A DNA stretch of 64,000 bases. It comes from Acidobacteriota bacterium. GTDB taxonomy: Bacteria; Acidobacteriota; CAIWXX01. This document shows, piece by piece, positions 59,507-64,000 of this stretch. Below the pieces are notes generated by a model. The model was not told where the DNA came from. It searched no databases and worked only from the letters and a program-made list of their open reading frames with translations. The position numbers and the translations under genes were made by a program. The DNA lies in contig JBFMAF010000055.1 in the NCBI GenBank assembly GCA_040755995.1, forward strand, positions 64,001 to 128,000. Direction: 5' to 3'. How positions within the stretch are numbered: the first letter of the stretch is position 1; every line of letters starts with the position of its first letter.

Positions 59507-60259
59507 CTACTTCGCGGCGGCCATCTCATCGGCCCAGGCGATGACGGGATTGACCCATTCGGACAGGGGACGGTACAGGAAGCCGTGTGCGAGACCGGTC
59601 GTGAGCCTGATCGAGCGCGTGCTGCCGATGGTCTTCGACGGGCGCGCCTTCAGGAACCCCTCGCAGGGCTCGACACTCTCATCGCTGTTCTCCGTGACCG
59701 ATAGAACGTTGCCGCTCACACGAAGTCCCTGCTGGTCCAGAGAAGCGAACACGCTTTGGCTGCATCCTGCAAGGATGACGAAGTTGACGCCGGGGCTCTG
59801 GAGATATCCCGATGCGAACAGAGCCATCGCACCGCCCATTGAAGCACCAAGCACAGTGATGCGATGCGATGGCACGCCGGCTCTGATGAGAGTCCGCACT
59901 TGATCGGCGACCTTTCGCGCGTATGCGTCAACCGTCGCGTCGCGAGCTCTGATTTCGCTGATCACGGTGAAGCCGCGATCCGCGAACGCACGCAGTATCT
60001 TTTCGTACTCGTAGTATCCGAAGCGTTCATGGCGCGGCCGCGCGTTCTGTTGATCCTGCACGATCCGGCCGTGCAGGTAGAACAGGTACCTCGCTTTGGG
60101 GTCGACCTTCGCCGGTACCTTCGCTACAATGCTCTGTGCCCACGCGCCGGCAGCCGCAGGGCTGCATAGAAGCGCCGCCAGCAACCAGCTCGTGCCCGTC
60201 CGAAGCGCCTGGCCACCCCGGGCGACCGGGTTCGGTTTCAGCGAACGAAAGGCACCCAT
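59507..60259 (-). CDS. Secreted alpha/beta hydrolase
   Basis: YLFYLHG, GASMGG nucleophile elbow, HGF; signal-like N-terminus. Confidence 0.8.
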   Translation of the reverse strand: MGAFRSLKPNPVARGGQALRTGTSWLLAALLCSPAAAGAWAQSIVAKVPAKVDPKARYLFYLHGRIVQDQQNARPRHERFGYYEYEKILRAFADRGFTVISEIRARDATVDAYARKVADQVRTLIRAGVPSHRITVLGASMGGAMALFASGYLQSPGVNFVILAGCSQSVFASLDQQGLRVSGNVLSVTENSDESVEPCEGFLKARPSKTIGSTRSIRLTTGLAHGFLYRPLSEWVNPVIAWADEMAAAK

Positions 60260-60367
60260 GAGCCGGATCGTAGCAGAGTTACCGAGTCCTTGCCATGGGC
60301 ACATGCTTTCTGGTTTACTTTGGTGACGGATGCGCCGAACAAGCCCGCGTGAACAACGGCGGGTGCG

Positions 60368-61195
60368 ATGATCAAAAGAAGGGCTACGCTTTCACACCTG
60401 TTGGTGCTGCAGTTCGTCCTGACCGTCGGCGCAAACGGAGGGATACGCGCCCCCGGCAAGTACGCCGGCGTCGTGGTGTTTGATAGATGGGATGCTTGCA
60501 TACTCTATAGCGGAATCTACCTGATGTATGTGTCCCAGGAGACCAAGGCCGGACTTAGAAAGTACGCGGGTCAGCCGGTCCTGATCGACGCAATAGATGT
60601 CTTCCAGCCGATCAATCCAGGCGACGGATTGATAGGCAAGTTCGACTACCTGGGGCCGGCGCCAGAGGATACGCACGAGGGCGCGCCAGCCGACGTGCGA
60701 CTGACCGCGTTCATGAGATCGCCAGACGGTACTGCCCCCGTCCTGTGCATCAAGATCAGCAACGCAGGCAAGGAACGGGTCGAATTGCTCAGGTCAGAGC
60801 TGGGGATGACGCTTCTAGCGAGAGGCGAGCCGTGGCGATCGCCGTTTCCGTACCACTATGGCCCGTCGGTCGCTGTGCTGACACGACAGTGTTTCGAGAT
60901 ATGGGACTCCAAGACAGTCTGGAGGGGCGCCGGAATAGCGTACGGAGAGTCATTCACCTGGAGCGTAGGGGCCGCAGACACCCTCCCCCACATCATCAGC
61001 TTGGAGCCCGGACGGTTGGCGAACATCGACATCTCCTTCCACTTGCCAGCGGGGCAGTACGATTTTCTGTGCGGATACGGCGGAGGCGTGCACGAGTCGA
61101 AGTGTCTGAGCAGCAATTTGGTCGCGTTCGATGTAGACGCGAGTGGCAAGGCTCGGCTGGCGAGATTGGTGGACCGGATGATTGATCAACCCTGA
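60368..61195 (+). CDS. Secreted hypothetical protein
   Basis: 275-aa ORF with signal-like N-terminus; no recognisable motif. Confidence 0.6.
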   Translation: MIKRRATLSHLLVLQFVLTVGANGGIRAPGKYAGVVVFDRWDACILYSGIYLMYVSQETKAGLRKYAGQPVLIDAIDVFQPINPGDGLIGKFDYLGPAPEDTHEGAPADVRLTAFMRSPDGTAPVLCIKISNAGKERVELLRSELGMTLLARGEPWRSPFPYHYGPSVAVLTRQCFEIWDSKTVWRGAGIAYGESFTWSVGAADTLPHIISLEPGRLANIDISFHLPAGQYDFLCGYGGGVHESKCLSSNLVAFDVDASGKARLARLVDRMIDQP

Positions 61196-61679
61196 TGAGG
61201 CAGGCTAGCCGTGGAGCTCTTGGAGGCTGCGCCACGATTGAGGTCACCGGATCGCGTCGTGCTCCAGCTCGCCGCGCGCCTAGGCGCGATCGGCCAGCCG
61301 ATTGAGCTCAAGTACCTCAGCTCACGCACGCAGCGACATCGTTGGGCAGCACGGTCGTTTCGCGATCTCCGGCAAGAGTTCGAGTGCAAGGCGGTTTGGG
61401 TCGCCAAGTTCCTCAGGGATGCCTTCGGCCCCCCGGATCACATTGCCTACCTGGCGCTGGTCGAGTCTCGGCTTGTGGGGATGCGAGCCGCTGCCTGGGC
61501 GCTTGGGGGCGCTGTTGTGTACGTGAGTCTGCGGCGTCTCGGGCCGGTAGGTGTCGGGCGCAAGGGCAGGCCGGTGTTTGACATAGTGCTCGGCGCCATG
61601 CGCCCTCGGCCGCCCACGCTGGGAGGGTCGCAGGCAGACGAGGCCCGGGATGCTGTCTTCCTTCCGACCCCGCAGCTCA

Positions 61680-62417
61680 TCATGTGACCGGCGGGACCGG
61701 TGCCAAGGGCACCGCCTCAGTTCCGGCCGCTTGCCCGGCCGCGACCCTGGAAACCAGCGTCTGGAAGTCGTCGTCTACGTACCGTGAGAACGCGGTGGCA
61801 TCCAGGCTGAATCCGTGGGCCGCCAGCGAGCCGACGAAATCGCGGTGCGGGCGGCCGTTGCGATAGGCGGGCTGGCGCGGCGGGAATCGGAGGTATCGTT
61901 CCATGAGGCTCACGTCCCCATCGACGTTGATGACTGCGTGGAAGAAGACAAGATCGCGGCCGCGGTAGAGCGACGAGCCGCTGATTTTCCGGCCGCGGAT
62001 GGCCAGGTCGCTCGTGCCAGCTGGCTCGACCCCGATGATTCCCGCGCGGACAAGGGCCCGCTGCAGCAGCTCGTTGAACAGGCGGAAGTACGGCAGCGGA
62101 GGCTGCGGCGAAGCACTTCGAAGCGCGAGGGCCACCACCAGCATCTGATGCGAGAGCACCACGGCGCAGCCGCCGGTCTCGCGGCGGTAGACGGGCACCG
62201 AGTCGGCCAGTACGCTCTCGACATGCAGCTCGTGCTCAGGGTCGCTTCCTCGCCCCACCACTACCATCACGCGGTCCGGCACGAACACCTTCGTGTCCAC
62301 GCGATCCGATCCGGCGCGCAGCATGCGGGCGTCCGGAAGGTCGTATGGGAGTATCGTCAGCACCGGAACGCCGATCCCACCGCCCTCGGCCGTTGGCTGC
62401 GCGCTTGCTGCGGACAC
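61680..62417 (-). CDS. Lipoate-protein ligase family protein (single catalytic domain)
   Basis: RRETGGCAVV, DLAIRGRKISGSS; directly downstream of lpdA. Confidence 0.85.
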   Translation of the reverse strand: MSAASAQPTAEGGGIGVPVLTILPYDLPDARMLRAGSDRVDTKVFVPDRVMVVVGRGSDPEHELHVESVLADSVPVYRRETGGCAVVLSHQMLVVALALRSASPQPPLPYFRLFNELLQRALVRAGIIGVEPAGTSDLAIRGRKISGSSLYRGRDLVFFHAVINVDGDVSLMERYLRFPPRQPAYRNGRPHRDFVGSLAAHGFSLDATAFSRYVDDDFQTLVSRVAAGQAAGTEAVPLAPVPPVT

Positions 62418-62432
62418 GGCCCGACCAGGCGA

Positions 62433-63782
62433 TCAGACATGCATCGTCTTGGCCATGGCCTGAAACCCGGCTTCCAGGAAGCTCTCGCTCACGGTCGGAT
62501 GAGCGTGGATTACGCGGGTCAGATCATCCAGCGTGCCCTCGGTCCTCATGCACATTACCGCCTCTGCGATCAAGTCCGACGCGCGGGTTGCCACAATATG
62601 GACCCCGAGCAGCTCGCCGAATCTCTGATCGGCCAGAATCTTCACGAAGCCCTCCGTCGACGCCTCCACCACCGCCTTGCTGTTCGCCGACATCGGAAAC
62701 TCGCCCTTCACGTACTCGACACCACGCGATTGAAGCGTCTCCTCCGTAGCGCCTACCATGCTGATCTCCGGATCCATGTAAATGGTCGACGGAACGCGGC
62801 CCATGTCGATCGGGTCCCTCAGTCCCGCGATGTGATTGACCGCGCAAATCGCCTGTGCAGACGCCAGGCTTGCAGACATGCCGCCGGCGACATCACCGAT
62901 GGCGTAGACGGACGGCACGCTGGTCTGCATGAAATCGTTCGTGCGGATGAAGCCGTCCGCCAGGTCGAGGGGCACGTCGTCCATCGGAGGCAGCACGGCC
63001 TGCCGTGGGCTGCAGTTGACGATGAGATCGCACCGGACCCTCTCCGAGCCCGTATGCGCGATCCCGTTTCTCACCCGGCTGATCCTGCTCCCGGCCAGAA
63101 CCCGAACGCCGCTCTGGCGGAACTTGTGTGCGATGAAGTCCCGGCACGCGCCGTCCAGCCACGGCACGAGCTCCTTGTCGGGCGAGACAATCGTCACTGT
63201 TCTCCCGATGAGTCGCAGCAAGCTGGCAAGCTCGCACGCTATCGTGCCTCCACCGGCCAGCACGATCCTCTCGGGAATGCTCTTGCGAGCATAGAACTCG
63301 TCGATCTCTGCAACGATGCCGCGAGGCAGATCGGCCACGGCGGTCCGGCCCGGACGCGAGCCAGTCGCGATGATCGTCCTGCCTGCAGCGTAGGTCTCTT
63401 TCCCCACGCGGACAGAACCGGGGTCGACAAGGCGCCCCTCGCCTGCAACCACCTCGACCCGATGCTTCTCCATCAGGGACCCGATATCGGCCACCAACTT
63501 GCGCACAAGCCGGTCCTTCTCCGCGACGGCCTTCTTCCAGTTGAACGTGAGCCGGGAAGCCTCAATACCGTCGATCCCGAACGCTGACGCCTGCCCGATG
63601 CGCCGGTATAGGCGACCCGCTTCCATGAGGCGGCGCGACGGCACGCACCCCCAGTTCATGCACATCCCGCCCAGCCTGTCCTTCTCGACTACGGCCGTTC
63701 GCATGCCGAGCTGCGCTGCGCGTGCGGCCGCGGTGTAACCGCCAGGCCCGGCTCCGATCACGATCACGTCAAAGCTCTGCAT
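62433..63782 (-). CDS. lpdA: Dihydrolipoyl dehydrogenase
   Basis: GAGPGGY, GGMCMNWGCVPS redox disulfide, YAIGDV, HAHPTVSE. Confidence 0.92.
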   Translation of the reverse strand: MQSFDVIVIGAGPGGYTAAARAAQLGMRTAVVEKDRLGGMCMNWGCVPSRRLMEAGRLYRRIGQASAFGIDGIEASRLTFNWKKAVAEKDRLVRKLVADIGSLMEKHRVEVVAGEGRLVDPGSVRVGKETYAAGRTIIATGSRPGRTAVADLPRGIVAEIDEFYARKSIPERIVLAGGGTIACELASLLRLIGRTVTIVSPDKELVPWLDGACRDFIAHKFRQSGVRVLAGSRISRVRNGIAHTGSERVRCDLIVNCSPRQAVLPPMDDVPLDLADGFIRTNDFMQTSVPSVYAIGDVAGGMSASLASAQAICAVNHIAGLRDPIDMGRVPSTIYMDPEISMVGATEETLQSRGVEYVKGEFPMSANSKAVVEASTEGFVKILADQRFGELLGVHIVATRASDLIAEAVMCMRTEGTLDDLTRVIHAHPTVSESFLEAGFQAMAKTMHV

Positions 63783-63791
63783 TGGTGCTCC

Positions 63792-64000
63792 TCACATCAG
63801 CAACATCGTCACCGGATCTGAAAGCAGACCCATCAGCTCGAGCATGAACCGGCTTGCCTCAGCGCCGTCCACGATCCGATGGTCGGCGCTCAGCGAGAGC
63901 GGCAGGATGTGCCCCGCCACGACCTGTCCGCCCCTGACAACCGGCCGCTCAAGCACACGGCCGACACCGAGTATCGCAACCTCGGGAAAATTGATGATCG
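63792..64000 (-). CDS. Dihydrolipoamide acyltransferase E2, C-terminal part (partial)
   Basis: Hand translation: INFPEVAILGVG...LPLSLSADHRIVDGAEASRF. Confidence 0.92.
   Translation of the reverse strand, partial: IINFPEVAILGVGRVLERPVVRGGQVVAGHILPLSLSADHRIVDGAEASRFMLELMGLLSDPVTMLLM

Noticed and set aside
61211..61687. 158-aa ORF between the hypothetical gene and the lipoate ligase
   Set aside because: No clear RBS, no motif and atypical composition; cannot be supported as a gene, though it could be a remnant.

Overview
This is a GC-rich bacterial chromosomal window; gene content and order tentatively suggest Acidobacteriota or a deltaproteobacterium-like lineage. From left to right it holds: (1) a minus-strand starch/maltodextrin operon (GH13 alpha-amylase, MalK/MalE/MalF/MalG-type ABC transporter, partial glucodextranase DOMON-like protein); (2) a patch of small, partly decayed genes (two Uma2/DUF820, a metallophosphoesterase fragment, a four-helix-bundle gene); (3) NmrA, a TolC-MFP-RND efflux operon ending in DUF47, GltS, M48 and M3 peptidases, and ankyrin and EF-hand proteins; (4) tRNA-Arg(ACG), a tyrosine-integrase relic, tadA and tRNA-Ser(GCT); (5) lipA, hemW, a 1591-aa pseudokinase/TPR/GAF/sigma54 activator and orphan dppBC; (6) pilMNOPQ followed by two lipoproteins (one with five PKD domains), a TPR protein, an MglC-like roadblock protein and accBC; (7) rplU-rpmA-obgE-rsfS, a Walker-B-deficient sigma54-type AAA+ regulator, rlmH, dksA and comF; (8) a very acidic 87-aa ORF, PHP and alpha/beta hydrolases, and the end of a 2-oxoacid dehydrogenase operon (E2, lpdA, lipoate ligase family). 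The most striking unexplained signal is a dispersed set of degenerate 6-, 7- and 8-nt tandem arrays in many intergenic spacers. Several form inverted arm pairs, one abuts a four-helix-bundle (IVP/Avd-like) gene, and two identical-unit arrays sit where Shine-Dalgarno sequences should be. All calls come from reading motifs by eye; no database searches were run.
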